Part shown: positions 12,860 through 25,771 of the stretch, in pieces
Numbering within the stretch: the stretch's first letter is position 1
Layout of the letters: the number at the start of each line of letters is the position of its first letter
Assembly (NCBI RefSeq): GCF_018350175.1
Contig: NC_058368.1
Span: forward strand, 209,066,001-209,130,000
DNA from: Felis catus
Taxonomy: Eukaryota
Length of the DNA stretch: 64,000 bases
Direction: 5' to 3'
Notes under the pieces: generated by a model
Database searches by the model: none
The model's input: the letters and a program-made list of their open reading frames with translations, nothing else
What the model was told of the DNA's origin: nothing
Made by a program: the position numbers and the translations under genes

Positions 12860-13575
12860 ACATTAAAATCCTAACCCTTTATACCTTAGACTACAATACC
12901 TTATATGATCTAGTCCCTGCTTTCTTCTTCAAATTCACTTCCTGTCATTCCTACCTTTCCTATCAACAAAACCAGATTTTCCGCCCTTCCAATATGTCTT
13001 AATACATTCCCTTCTTAAGGTCTTGAATTATGCTGCCACTTTGGCCTGGAAGGTTCTCTCTGCTAGATCTACCTCCTGTGCATGGTATAAGTCTCAATAA
13101 AAGGTCACCTCCTTAGGGTGCCTGGGTGGCTCAGTGGGTTAAGCAGCCGACTTCAGCTCAGGTCATGACCTTGCAGTTCCTGGATTCGAACCCCACAACA
13201 GGCTCTGTGCAGACAACTCAGAGCCTGAAGCCTGCTTTGGATTCTGTGTCTCCCTCTCTCTCTCTGTCTCTCCCCTGTTCATTCTCTGTCTGTCTCTCTC
13301 TCTCTCAAGAACAAATAAACATTAAAAGGTGACCTCCTCTGAGGCTTTCTCTGCCTACTCTACATACAGAAGACACTTCTACTTTCTACCCTTCTGCTTT
13401 ATTTTATTCTCAATACTTATTACTACATAAAACTATATTAATTTATTACTGTATCTGTACCTTGTCTGTCTCCAAGTACTCACCTCTACTAAAATGTAAG
13501 CATCATGAAGGCAGAGACTTATATCACACACAGGAGTACCTGCCACATAGTGAGCACACTGTATTTGCTGATTTA
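12860..13575 (+). mobile_element. L2 relic, interrupted by a SINEC at 13115-13322
   Basis: L2 3' motifs (aaatgtaagcatcatgaaggcagagac...cctgccacatagt). The SINE has TSD taaaaggtcacctcct / taaaaggtgacctcct. Confidence 0.65.
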
Positions 13576-14000
13576 ACTAGGCATCTGGGCTGATCTCTCA
13601 CAGCATAGCCTATTACTAACTACTACCTTCAGAGTCAAAGGTCAAGAAAAAGTCAAGCTGCAAACCATCTGAATTTATTAGTGGTAGATATTTTTTTTAA
13701 GGTGGTAAAGAATATGTATAATTGGGGCCTATGGTTAAAGCCAACTCATCTTCATACAAAAGTATGGACAAAAAAAGCTCATCTGTACAGTGTAAAAAGA
13801 AACTGGAGCATATTTTCAAAGGTACAATATACTAGTATGTCAGTGGTTTTAGCAGGGAATTAAAGAATTGCTCTTGCAAGGAATGGGATAAACTACATTT
13901 TATGCCCAATAAAGCATCATGACTTAGAACTTTATCCAAACCATTGTTTAGAGCATTAACAAAGTTAAATAGGTTTCTATAAATTCTATATAAAACTATT

Positions 14001-14156
14001 TATCTTTTTCTAAGTTTATCTATTTTGAGAGAGAGAGAGCACAGAACCTGCCTGCACAGAACCTGACATGGGGCTCCATCTCATGAACAATGAGATCATG
14101 ACCTGAGCCAAAATCAAGAGTTGGATGCTTAACCGACTAAGCCACCCAGGCACGCC
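14001..14156 (-). mobile_element. SINEC, internally deleted
   Basis: Antisense SINEC head; TSD tataaaactattt / tacaaaactattt. Confidence 0.8.
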
Positions 14157-14450
14157 TATACAAAACTATTTAAATGTTTATTGTAGATCACTGGCCTGGA
14201 AATATAATGTTCAAAGTTTCTCAAACTTATTTGACCATGGAATGCCTTTCTTTAAACTACTAATTTACATATCTTGGAAATCAATTTGGGAAAAGCTTCT
14301 GCAGAGTTCATAAAGTTACTGTGTTAGCCAACTATGAGAGCCCACCATTTAGCCTGATCCTTACTAGTTTAGAGAACAAGTTTTTTTTTTTTTCCAATTG
14401 CTTTATTCATTGAAGCTTTTAACCAAAATTGCCTGGTTCCTCTGTGCTTT

Positions 14451-14668
14451 TTAATTTTTTTTTTTAACATTTATTTATTTTTGAGACAGAGAGAGACAGA
14501 GCATGAACGGGGAAGGGTCAGAGAGAGAGGGAGACACAGAATCCGAAACAGGCTCCAGGCTCTGAGCAGTCAGCACAGAGCGCGATACGGGGCTCGAACT
14601 CACGGACTGCGAGATCATGACCTGAGCTGAAGTTGGCCGCTTAACTGACTGAGCCACCCAGGCGCCCC
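14451..14668 (-). mobile_element. Felid SINEC
   Basis: TSD cctctgtgcttt at 14439-14450 and 14669-14680; T-tail, (GA) tract and tRNA-like head. Confidence 0.93.
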
Positions 14669-14773
14669 CCTCTGTGCTTTAATAGAATGTTTTCTTCTGA
14701 CTCATATATTAATGTATTTATTTCCTTATATTACTACACTATATAAAGTCTTTAAATCTATACTGCATAAAGC

Positions 14774-15098
14774 TGGTGCAGCCACTCTGGAAAACAGTAT
14801 GGAGGTTCCTCAAAAAACTAAAAATAGAACTACCCTATGACCCAGCAATTGCACTAGGAGGCATTTATCCAAGGGATACAGGTGTGCTGTTTCAAAGGGA
14901 CACATGCACCCCAATGTTTATAGCAGCACTATCGACAATAGCCAAAGTATGGAAAGAGCCCAAATGTCCATCAATGGATAAATGGATAAAGAAGATGTGG
15001 TATATATGTATAAAGATGTATATGTATATATATGTATATGTATATATGTATATGTATAAAGATGTATGTAAAGATGTATGTAAAGATGTATATGTATA

Positions 15099-15132
<34 letters not shown>

Positions 15133-15572
15133 AAGATGTATATGTATATATGTATAAAGATGTGGTATATGGTATATATGGATAAAGAAGATGTGGTATA
15201 CAGTGGGGTGTTGCTCGGCAATCAAAAAGAATGAAATCTTGCCATTTGCAACTACGTGGATGGAACTGGAAGGTATTATACTAAGTGAAATTAGTCAGAG
15301 AAAGACAAGTATCATATGACTTCACTCATATGAGGACTTTAAGAGACAAAACAGATGAACAGAAGGGAAGGGAAACAAAAATAATATAAAAACAGGGAGG
15401 AGGACAAAGCATAAGAGACTCTTAAATATGGAGAACAAACAGAGGGTTACTAGAGGCGGTGTGGGAGGGATGATGGGCTAAATGGGTAAGGGGCATTAAG
15501 GAATCTACTCCTGAAATCATTGTTGCACTATATGCTAATTTGGATATAAATTTTTAAAAATAAAATTTAAAA
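14774..15572 (+). mobile_element. 5'-truncated L1 with an internal TATG-rich expansion
   Basis: ORF2 C-terminus [22 protein letters not shown], 3' UTR and A tail; 20-bp TSD aaatcta(t/c)actgcataaagc at 14754-14773 and 15573-15592. Confidence 0.92.
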
Positions 15573-15751
15573 AAATCTACACTGCATAAAGCCTCTATAT
15601 AGTTGTGGGCATCCTTGTCTTCTTATTAAATACAAATAGCTTCAGTACTTAAATATATAATACAATATTTACTTTAAATTTTGGTAAATAATTTTTTTAA
15701 GAGTTTTATTAATTTCTTCCTATTCCTATTTTACTTAGAACTTTTACTGGG

Positions 15752-15971
15752 GGGCGGGGGGGGGGGCACCTGGGTGGCTCAATCCATTATGTGTCTGACT
15801 TCGGCTCAGGTCATAATCTCACAGTTTGTGGGTTTGAGCCCTGCGTCGGGCTCTGTGCTGACAGCTCAGGGTCTGGAGTCTGCTTTGGATTCTGTGTCTC
15901 CTTCTCTCTCTGTCCCTCCCCCACTCACATTCTCTTTCTCTCAAAAATAAACATCAAAAAAATTTTTTTAA
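15752..15971 (+). mobile_element. SINEC preceded by a G-run
   Basis: TSD agaactt(t/a)tactggg; tRNA-like head, (CT) tract and A tail. Confidence 0.88.
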
Positions 15972-17071
15972 AGAACTTATACTGGGAAAGACGACTAAAT
16001 TTTATTAAATGTCAATGATATCATATAATAAAATCATGTGATTTGTAATTTTTCATTTGTTAATGAATTATCTTAAAAATTTCTTGACGGTAAAATTTCT
16101 TAATTGTAAAATATTCTTGCATTTCTAGAATAAGCCTTACCTGGTCATGAGATACTATTAATTTAGATTAGCTGCTAAATTCCCAAGGAAATCAGAAAAT
16201 TGATTTGCTAAAATTAGGAATGTCACTTTAAACATACATAATTTAAGTTTTGGAAAGATAACAAGACAAAGAAAAAAAACAAGTTAGAACTACATAGGTC
16301 TATTTACCAGAAATTTTAATCAAATTGTCTTATCCTGTTTCAGTCATATTCTGTATAGATTCCCAAACTTTAGTTCCTTTCAGATCAAATTAATTTTTAA
16401 ATTGTGCTATGGGAGTAAAATTATACCTTTTGTCTGTTACTCTAAAGATTAATTCCAGAATACACAAACTATCCAAAAATGTCAATAGCAATTTTGAAGG
16501 TAAATGAGGCAAAATATAAATAACAGAAAGTAAAGATGAAAGACAAAATAGCCTAAAAACAACATATTTTTATCTAAAATATGTGTTTCACCTAAATAAC
16601 ACCATCTATATTTTTTAATTTATAAAATTTTCCCATTGCAATTTCTCCATAACATTACATACAGTGCATTCTTGTGAACTACTCTTAGTACTAAAAATTA
16701 ATCATACAATTTAATAATATAGGGAAAAGCTGCTCAAATATTCCCTATAATATTCTTGAGTTCTAGGCCAACAGATATAATACAAAAGAATCTTAACTAC
16801 TTAATCAATTTTTTCAGTTATTACTTCCAAAAAATAATAATTTAAACAATAAACTTATATTAGCTACTAGACTCAGAAATCAATCTTTATTATAAAAACT
16901 AATAAGTTATCAGTCACAACTTCAAAGTCATTTGAGTCCACTTAATAGCATGAGTCTGATCCATTGAGCACCCTAATAAACTGTACTGGAATTTATGCCA
17001 ACTCTCATTTTCATAGTTTTATTTATTTAAACAAACCTTATACTATAAAAGTTAAGAACAAGGATATGTAC

Positions 17072-17550
17072 TTTTTTTCAAGTTTTTACTTAAATTCCAG
17101 TTAGTTAAAATACACCATTATATTAGTTTCAGGTGTAGAATTTAGTGATTCATCACTTACATATAACACCCAGTGCTCATCACAAGTACCTGCTTTAATA
17201 CCTATCATCCATTCAGCCATTTCCCTATCCTTCCCCACCACCCTCCCATCTCAGTTTGTTGTCTATAGTTAAGAGTCTGTTTTCTGGTTTGCCTGTCTTT
17301 CTTCCCGTGGTTCATCTGTTTAGTTTCTTAAATTTCACATGAGTGAAATCATGTGTGTATTTGTCTTTCTCTGACTGACTTATTTTGCTTAGCATAATAC
17401 TTTCCAGCTCCATCCAAGTCGCTGCAAATGGCAAGATCCCATCCTTTTTTATGGCTGAGTAATATTCCATTAATATATATACCACATCATCTTCATCCAT
17501 TCATTAGTTAATGGACATTTGGGCTCTGTCCATAATTTGGCTATTGTTGG
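17072..17550 (-). mobile_element. L1 3'-end fragment
   Basis: T-tail at left and carnivore L1 3' UTR; antisense peptide MEYYSAIKKDGILPFAATWMELE. Confidence 0.85.
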
Positions 17551-17723
17551 TGTATGGATGCCGTGTCTAATCACACCCAAGCAGAAGTCTAGGGTTTCAT
17601 TCTCTGGAGAGGTCTCTGAACTGCAGGATATAAGGCACATATCCTCACCCTTTCCCTAACCCTACCCTAAGCCCTAACCCTAGATGTGTGTGCGTGGGGG
17701 GGGGGGGGGTAATGTGTATGTGT

Positions 17724-17725
<2 letters not shown>

Positions 17726-17768
<43 letters not shown>

Positions 17769-18320
17769 GGAATATTATTCAGCAAGAAAAAGTATGAAAT
17801 CTTGGCATTTCCAACAACCTGAATGGAGCTATAGAATATTATGATAAGTGAAATAAGCCAGAGAGAGAAACACAAATACCATATGATTTCACTCACATGT
17901 GGAATTTAAGAAATAAAACAAATGAGCAAAGGAATAAAAAAAGAGAGAACGACAAACCATGAAACAGACACTTAACTATAGAGAACAAAACTAATGGTTG
18001 CCAGAGGGGAGGTGGGTGGGAGGATGGGTGAAATAGGTGATAGGGATCAAGGAGTGTACTTATGTGATGAGTACCAGGTGTTGTATGGAAATGCGGAATC
18101 ACTATATTGTACAAATGAAACTTGGGCTCTGTGCTGACAACTCAGAGTCTGCAGCCTGCTTCAGATTCTGTGTCTCACTCTCTCTCTTCCCCTCCCCCAC
18201 TCATGCTCTGTCTCTCTCTCTCAAAATAATAAATAAACATTAAAAAAATTTAAAGAAAGTAATATTACACTATATGATGATGGAATAAAAGTAAAAACTT
18301 AAAAAAAAGAAAAAAAAAGA
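17726..18320 (+). mobile_element. L1 3'-end fragment with (CA)n and a nested truncated SINEC (~18122-18255)
   Basis: caatggaatattattcagc...ccatatgatttcactcacatgtggaattt, followed by an A tail. Confidence 0.85.
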
Positions 18321-18445
18321 ATATGTGAACATCAGGATTCCTAACACTCCACTTCCTACTTTACTGGCCAGCATGTAACAATACAAATATTAAAGAAAAT
18401 ACTGAAAGATATTAATGTATTAGGTGAATTATCAATAGTACTCAC

Positions 18446-18522
18446 GCATCATTTGAGCAAGTCATAAATTCTCCCTTTATTTTGGGATGCCATGAGCCAG
18501 TATGAAGCATTGCTGTATGACC
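18446..18522 (-). CDS. WDR70: WDR70 internal coding exon (77 nt), next exon downstream
   Basis: Minus strand reads tttttattttttaag|GGT CAT ACA GCA...GAT GC|gtgagt. It encodes GHTAMLHTGSWHPKIKGEFMTCSND(A), starts in phase 0 and continues ...MANTK in frame. The GH start is typical of a WD40 repeat. Confidence 0.95.
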
Positions 18523-19469
18523 CTTAAAAAATAAAAATACAGGAAAAAAGATATTTAAAAAGATTTTAAAATAAATAAAATGACCAGAAACTGATATGTC
18601 ATGCTTTAAAGTTAAACTTTTTAGTCCTCCCAAGACCACACTATTTTAATTACAAACATAGTATGCTACGCCAATTTTATTTCATAATATGCTTTGTTTA
18701 TTTCATTTTGTTTAATTCTCCATATAATTCTCCTGCCCAGAAATTAACACAGTGCTTATACAGAACAGGTGCTTAATAAGGAAGGAAATAGAGAGGAAAC
18801 TGAGAGTCTCTCTTTAGGAAAGACGTAAATGGAAAAACCGTAATAAGAGGGAGATAGGCCCTTCTTTAAAGACTCTTTTCTCAATGGAAAAGAAGGAAAA
18901 AAAAGTATTTGCAAATAATCAAGGCAAAAGCAAGAGGTTAAGGGAAAAAAATTTACACTTCTTAAAAATGTGTGCACAATCTTGATTCAACCATACATCT
19001 GTAAGAATAAATATGTGAGAAAAGGAGAGACATCTTTAAAATGATTCAAGATTAACCCTTCTAAGAGCATAATTTAAAAATACTGTAAATAAAATAATGT
19101 GATGTTGGTAAACAAACTGACACACAGAGAGTACATATCAAACATAAATACACACATACACACACATTCCCCATCTAGGTGCAAAGTCAGCTAGAGTGAC
19201 TCATACGGTATGTTCAGATGGGGCAGAAAAGAGCCTAATACTTAATAATGGAAAAATCTCTTATTCTGAAAGAGTCCAAAATAAAACTATGCTATAATGT
19301 ACATCTTTAAATGTACATCTTTAAATGATTTAGAAGCAAAATAACTGTATCTCTCTGGAAAGAATGAATTGGAACTGGAGTACCCACACATAAACCTAGA
19401 GACCATCTACAGTCCAAGTTGCTCACAACGTCTCAAACAGGACCTGGCCAACTCATGACAATTTGCTTA

Positions 19470-20680
19470 TGTTTACTGGGTAGAACAGGGTCCACAGATG
19501 TGCAGTAGGGAAGCATGAACTGAAGTAATGGGATCAGATGGGAACTCTGAGATTCCACTTTCCTCTCCTGAATTTAAGATTGCATATTTAACTATCAACT
19601 TGACATTTCCATTTGCATCTCCTAGGCATTTCAAACATAATAATAGGTCCATTAGGGAAATCTGTTTCTTACTGCCCACTTCATCTGCAATCAACTTCTT
19701 CCCTAGTTGCTAAAACTACAAACGTGGGGGTCATCCTTAAATACTACAATAACCATAAACCTAAAACCCTCTCTCTGTCCACCCAAATTCAATCCATTAG
19801 CGAGTCCTCTCACTTCAACCCAAAATACACCTTAAATCTATCCACTTTTCTCATTATTCCCTACTACCACTCTTGTAGAAGCCAACATTATCTCAGTTAT
19901 TACACAGTAAACAGGTCTGTCACTAGTCTCTCCACTTCTATTCCTGCGTCATGTGCTCCACCTAGCAATCAATATAGTCTTTTAAAAATACACCTCTGGG
20001 GCACCTGGCTGGTTCAGTTGGTTAAGTATCTGACTCTTGATTTCGGCTCAGGTCATGATCTCACAGTCATGAGACTGAGCCCTGTGTTGGGCTTGCCACC
20101 AAGCACAGAGCTTACTTGGGATTCTCTCCCTCTTTCTCTGCCCCTCTCCCATTCACGCTCACATTCTCTCCTTCTCTCTCTCTCTTTCTCTCTCTGAATG
20201 AACTTTAAAAATAAATAAAAATATTTTGTGTATTTTGTGTATTTTAAAACATTCTAAAACCACCACTAGTTATTGTCCTCTACTGGCTCCCCAACCTCTT
20301 TCGATCGTCTACAACTACTCACATGTTCAGTCTCTTGCTTTCTTTACAACTGCACTTATTTTGTCCTCCCTCTTCCCCAACAGGCATGAACCCACTGGCC
20401 TCCTTTCATTTCCTCTAATACAACCAGCTCATTCCCTGAATCAAGGCCTTCTCATATGCTTTTCCACTTGTGGGAAAGCTCTTTACTCTACTTTTACATG
20501 ACTGGCTTCCATTCCTTCAATCTCAGTTTACATGCCACTTATTCAAATAAGTATGACCTAGCTCTGTCTCTGCGTCCATATGGCCTATTCTGTTGTTCTC
20601 TTCCAATGTACCTGTCCATTTCCTTAATAACAGTCACCACGATTTATAATTCTGTATCTATTAACTTATATCAGATTTCT
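19470..20680 (+). mobile_element. L2 relics, interrupted by a SINEC at ~19998-20225
   Basis: L2-like pyrimidine-rich motifs (acttgacatttccatttg...ggcatttcaaacataa). The SINE has a ggggcacctggctgg head and (CT)n. Confidence 0.6.
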
Positions 20681-20842
20681 GAAACTGCTGATGTTTTGCA
20701 TATTCAGAAACAAACAAATAAGGCTGGGAGAAACCTAAAATTCAATATAAACAGAAACAAATCAACCCTACTGTATTTCAAGTGAACAATGAAAACACTG
20801 AAAGAATAAACTGAAGGTAATAACTCAAATAACTATATACCC

Positions 20843-21189
20843 TGTACTGGGTTAAATGGTGGCCCCCAGAAAGAAATACTCATGTCCTAACCACTGAAAG
20901 CTGGGAACGTAACCTTAAAGAGTCAGAAGAGAAGAAGACACAAAGAGGAGAAAGCTCTGAGAAGATGAAGGCAGAGACTGGAGTTATGCTGCCACAAGCC
21001 AGGGAAAACCCGGAGTCTCCAGAAGCTGGAAGTAGCATGGAAGGATTCCCCTAGAGCCACTAGAGGGAGCATGGCTGTGTCAATACCTTGATTCTAAGAC
21101 TTCTGGCCTCCAGAAATGTGGAAGAATTTCTGTTGTTAAGCTACTAACTGTGTGGTAATTCATTACAGTAATCCTAGGAAATGAATACA
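20843..21189 (+). mobile_element. MaLR MLT1 solo LTR
   Basis: TG...CA termini with exact 5-bp TSD TACCC (20838-20842, 21190-21194) and MLT1 motifs (gaaggcagagactggagttatgctgccacaagcc). Confidence 0.85.
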
Positions 21190-21220
21190 TACCCTCAGGC
21201 TAAAGACCAAAAGAACTATA

Positions 21221-21444
21221 GGGGTGCCTGGATGGCTCAGTTGGCTAAGCATCCAACTCAGGCTAAGGTCATGATCTCATGATTGTGAGTTCGAGCCCCC
21301 TCCCTGACCCCGTCAGGCTTTGTGCTGACAGCTCAGAGCCTGAAGCCTGCTTCATATTCTGTCTCTATCTCTCTCTATCCCACCCCTGCTTGTGCACTCT
21401 CTCTCTCTCTCAATTATAAATAAACATTAAAAAAAAATTTTTTT
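21221..21444 (+). mobile_element. SINEC
   Basis: TSD aagac(c/t)aaaagaactata. Confidence 0.88.
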
Positions 21445-21459
21445 AAGACTAAAAGAACT

Positions 21460-23098
21460 ATAAATAAATATTTAATTCTAGTTAATATATTTGTTTCTTT
21501 TTTGCAGTGGTATGCATTAACAATTCTGAAACTGCTTTCGTTACAACGAAGAATTAAGCAAATGAGGAAATATGCTGGGGACCATGAGAGTCGCCTTTCC
21601 TGCTGTTAGAGAAAGGAGTTCCAAAAGTGGAAAGAAGAAAGACTAGAAAGAACTCTATGGGTTTTGACTGAAATTACGGGTATCAGTATGAACCCATGAT
21701 TTCTAACAGGTAGATACAAATATAGGTGTGTGTGTGTGTATGTAAGTTATTATCTAGCTTTGTATGCTGAAAACGACTAGTAGGAATGACACCCAGCAAC
21801 CCTAGGACAGAGATCCTAGTTTCTAAATTGCATTCTCCATTTAAGAGGAAACCAGACTCCTTGGAGAGAAGTTTATTCTTGTTCAAACAACATGAACATG
21901 GAACATGTGGTTTACCAAAAAACAAGCAAGTGCAAAAATGATGGGGATATATTAAAGAATAAAGTACAGGTTAAGGGACTTCCACTGGGACAATTAGAGC
22001 ATCAAAATAAATAACAAAAGTAATAGATTAAATAGTAATAGTGAAAGCATTTACTAACTTAAGAACTCCTGGGTGAATATTAACAAATAAGTAAGAGAAA
22101 ACTCTTCCTTACCATAGAATGATAACTAATAAATATAAAATGAATGACAGAGTTAGAAAAATCACCATTTTACAATCATCACAGTAATAATTGATCCAGG
22201 CAAGAATCATCAATGGATGCTAAAACTAGCAGAGAAAAGTCTGGTAATGAACAGGGTATTTCCATGCTATCAAAATCTCCCTGGAAACTGCTTAATAATT
22301 ACAAAGAGAAAATAGTAGAGAAGAGATCTGTTATTACACTACCTGAAACAAGTCATCCAAATTAACATCACCAGCACTGCGATGCACAGGTAGCACGTAC
22401 TTCGTGATATGAGGACGCAAGAAGGACCCAATATTGTTTCTGTGACAGCCTTTCTAGAAATGCATACCCAAACTCTCATGATGAGGAAAACCAGACAAAA
22501 TCAAATCCTACATCTCTTGCTACATATTTACAACTTCTACACATTTACAAAAGAAATGGCTTATAGTTTTCAAATATACCAAAGTTTCTTTTAACAAAGG
22601 CAGAGAACTATTCCCAATTAAAAGAGACAAAAGCCATGGCTACTGAACTGTTGGGAATATAATCAAAAAGGAGATTGTTGAGATAACCATGGACTACAGA
22701 TTAAATAGTATTTCATCAATGTTAAATTCAGAGTTATGTAAAAAGATCATATTATTATTAGGAAAACCACACTGAAGAATTTAGGAGTAAAGGAACAAGA
22801 TGTCTGCAAGTTATTTCAAAAGTCGGGGAATATTAAACACACACACATAATTCTAATGTATGTGCAAATACGTATAAGTGTGAGTGAGGGGGGTATATAA
22901 GTGTGGGGGATGGAAAGAGAAGGACAGAGTTTGTGTTAGCTGAGGAAGGAAGAGAGGAGGGGATGGGGGAAGATAAAGCAATGGGGCAAAATATGAACAA
23001 CTGATGAATCTGAAAAAAGGGTATAAGGAAGTTCTAGGTTCTATTCCTGTAACTTTTCTGTTAATTTGAAATGATATCAAAATAAACACTTAAAAAAA
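21460..23098 (+). mobile_element. Old L1MC/ME-type 3' UTR relic
   Basis: Ends ...gaagttctaggttctattcctgtaacttttctg...aaaataaa, typical of L1M 3' ends. Confidence 0.55.
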
Positions 23099-23608
23099 AT
23101 GTCCTGGATGCTCTGTGAAGAAAAGCTTGTTGCAAGTCAAAAGAGGAATTAAGAGGGCCACCTGGGAAGCCAGTGATGTGGTTCATCTGAACACTGACAG
23201 TCGCTTGGACTAGGGCACAGCAGTAAAGTGTTCAGAGGTAAGAAGACTTGGGATACATTTTAAAGAGAGAGACAACAGGTTTCCCTAAAGAACTGGACCT
23301 GGGCTGCAACCACAGATGAAGCCAAAGTTTGTGAATTAATCAAGCAACTGTTGTGTAAATGGGTGACTATATAAATAACACATCATTCTCTCTGGCCATG
23401 AAGAACACGAACTCTCTTCTGTGTTTAGGAAATTCCCCAAAATATGACTCTTGGTAAAAGACAGAGACTACCTCTCATAGAGAAGTGGAAAAGTCAGGCT
23501 CTATCTTTGCCAGCCTCCCTTACAGATGTGACACAGGAATGCAATCCAGCTCTGCCCATTACATTCCCTTGAGCTGTGACTTAAGGACAAGGGAGTGCTA
23601 TCTTTCCC

Positions 23609-23950
23609 TGTTAGCTCATTTGGGCCACTGTAACAAAAATACCATAAACTGAGTGGCTTATGAACAATAAACATTTGTTTCTCACGGTTCTGGAAACTGG
23701 GAAGTTGAAGATCAAGGTGCCAGCAGATTTAGTGTCTGAACTCCCTAGTTCACAGAGGCCATCCTTTTACTATAACCTCATATGGTGAAGGGGTAAGAAA
23801 GGTTTCTTGGGACACTTTCATAGGGCACTAATCTCATTCATGACAGCTCCACTTTCATGGCCTAATCACCTTGCAAAAGCCCCACCTTCTAATACCATCA
23901 CCTTGGGGTTACAATTTCAAAATATGAATTCTGGGGGATACTCGGTCTAA
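23609..23950 (-). mobile_element. MaLR MLT1A-like LTR
   Basis: gtaacaaaaataccataaactgagtggctta...tctcacggttctggaaactgggaagttgaagatcaaggtgccagcaga. Confidence 0.75.
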
Positions 23951-24660
23951 GGAGTAGTCTGGGGATGATTTTTGCCTTCTCTGTCTCCCGACTTGGGTTC
24001 TAGGGCAGTCCACAACTAACAACTGAGAGCAAGAGCAAACAAAGTTCCAAAAAATGGTTCCACTCTCCAGGGCATAGGGGTAGCAGTGGGGGTGAAAGGC
24101 CTGAGGAACAAACTTCTTGTGATCTGACCTACCCTATGCCAGCCAAGCACAAGCAACAAAGCTACCAAGTCTCTCCTCAGTGTTGGCACCAGAAATGGAA
24201 GTAGTCCGAACAGGTTAAAGAATCGATTTTCTTCATTTCACACCAGCCAAGTGCTGGCTCTGGGGTGATACTTCTCATCCTCCCACCCAGCGGCAGTGGC
24301 CCTGTGAGGTCATTACAGCAGATGAGTGCCAGTAACAAAACAGTGGCTGTTGTCTCAGTAAGAGGAGCAGCCCTTCAGAGAAGATACTTGCTGGCTCTCC
24401 TAACCCAAACCAGGAAAAAGCCAGCAACAAAGAGGCATGGTGCCTCCTCCCTGAACCAGAAGCAACAATGACAGCAACCGCTGTGCAGCACTTTTGACAC
24501 TCCATGCTTTCTAGTAGGCCAGTATTAACAAGAAAGCAGATCACCTACCAACATATGTAGAATAGAATCCTTCTGATACTCTATGCTTTACCTCGGGAAA
24601 ATGCCAACAACGGGTAGCCACACTGCCTTTTCCCACCAACACAGAGAAACAGCTTCTGTG

Positions 24661-24868
24661 GGGGCGCCTGAGTGGCTCAGACAGTTAAGTGTCTGACTCT
24701 TGGTTTTGGCTCAGGTCATGATCTCACGGTTTGTGAGTTCAAGCCCCATATCAGGCTCCGCACTGCAGTGAGTAGCTTGCTTGGGATTCTCTCTCTGTCT
24801 CTCTCTCTCTCTCTCTTTCTCTTCGTCCCTCCCCCACTCTCAAATAAATAAACTTTTTAAAAAAGAAA
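24661..24868 (+). mobile_element. SINEC
   Basis: TSD aaacagct(t/g)ctgtg. Confidence 0.88.
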
Positions 24869-25555
24869 AAACAGCTGCTGTGGGTTAGAGAAATTTTTAT
24901 TTTTCACCTCAGTCCAGCTTTGCCAGGAGGCATAAGCTACAGTATGGGAACTGCTACAATGCATAAGAGTGATTTTCCAGCAAGAACATCAGAACAGAAA
25001 CCCATGAAAGACAGGAAAGGGAAAATCATAGGGTGAAGGGTTTAAAAAGCTGGAGAAAAATGTCCTTTAAATCTGTACAAAAAGTCCTGCACTCACTCCT
25101 GAGGTGTACTGTGTGAAACCTACCAGAATCAACCTAAGAAAAGCATTGAGAAGCGAACATGGTACCTACCGACTAGCAGCCAGGATCCATATGGATCCCT
25201 GGATAACATGTACATGGGGCAAACCAGAATAGCATACAAATGCCTTGAAAATTAATACTGCAAGGAAAAACAGCTCATAGGAGGCAGGTCAGGATTTAGA
25301 GTCTAAAACTAATCAGGTTGACCCTCAGCCAAAAAAGCAACTTCACAGACAAACAAATGAAAACCCACCATTCTCTAGAGGTTTTGGACAGGACTCAGAA
25401 TATCAGAACACAATATTCAAAATGTGAAAGATACAGCCCAAAATTAATCATACAAAGAACCAGGAAAATCTAACCAGCTCCCAAGAAATAAGATAAAAGA
25501 TGCCGACCACAAAATGACCCAAATGTTGTAATCAATATTTTAAGAAAAAGACTTA

Positions 25556-25771
25556 GGGGCGCCTGGGTGGCGCAGTCGGTTAAGCGTCCGACTTCAGCCA
25601 GGTCACGATCTCACGGTCCGTGAGGTCCGTGAGTTCGAGCCCCGCGTCAGGCTTTGGGCTGATGGCTCAGAGCCTGGAGCCTGTTTCCGATTCTGTGTCT
25701 CCCTCTCTCTCTGCCCCTCCCCCGTTCATGCTCTGTCTTTCTCTGTCCCAAAAAAAAAAAAAAAAAAAAGA
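25556..25771 (+). mobile_element. Young felid SINEC with an internal 9-nt duplication (ggtccgtga x2)
   Basis: Perfect TSD aagaaaaagactta at 25542-25555 and 25772-25785; CpGs retained. Confidence 0.95.

Noticed and set aside
14892..15225. His/Ile/Tyr-repeat ORFs
   Set aside because: They are translations of the TATG-rich microsatellite inside an L1.
19296..19323. 14-nt tandem duplication aatgtacatcttta x2
   Set aside because: Real but an ordinary slippage event with no further structure.
19613..20197. 194-aa ORF
   Set aside because: It runs through an L2 relic into a SINEC, has no recognisable domain and starts at a non-ATG codon.
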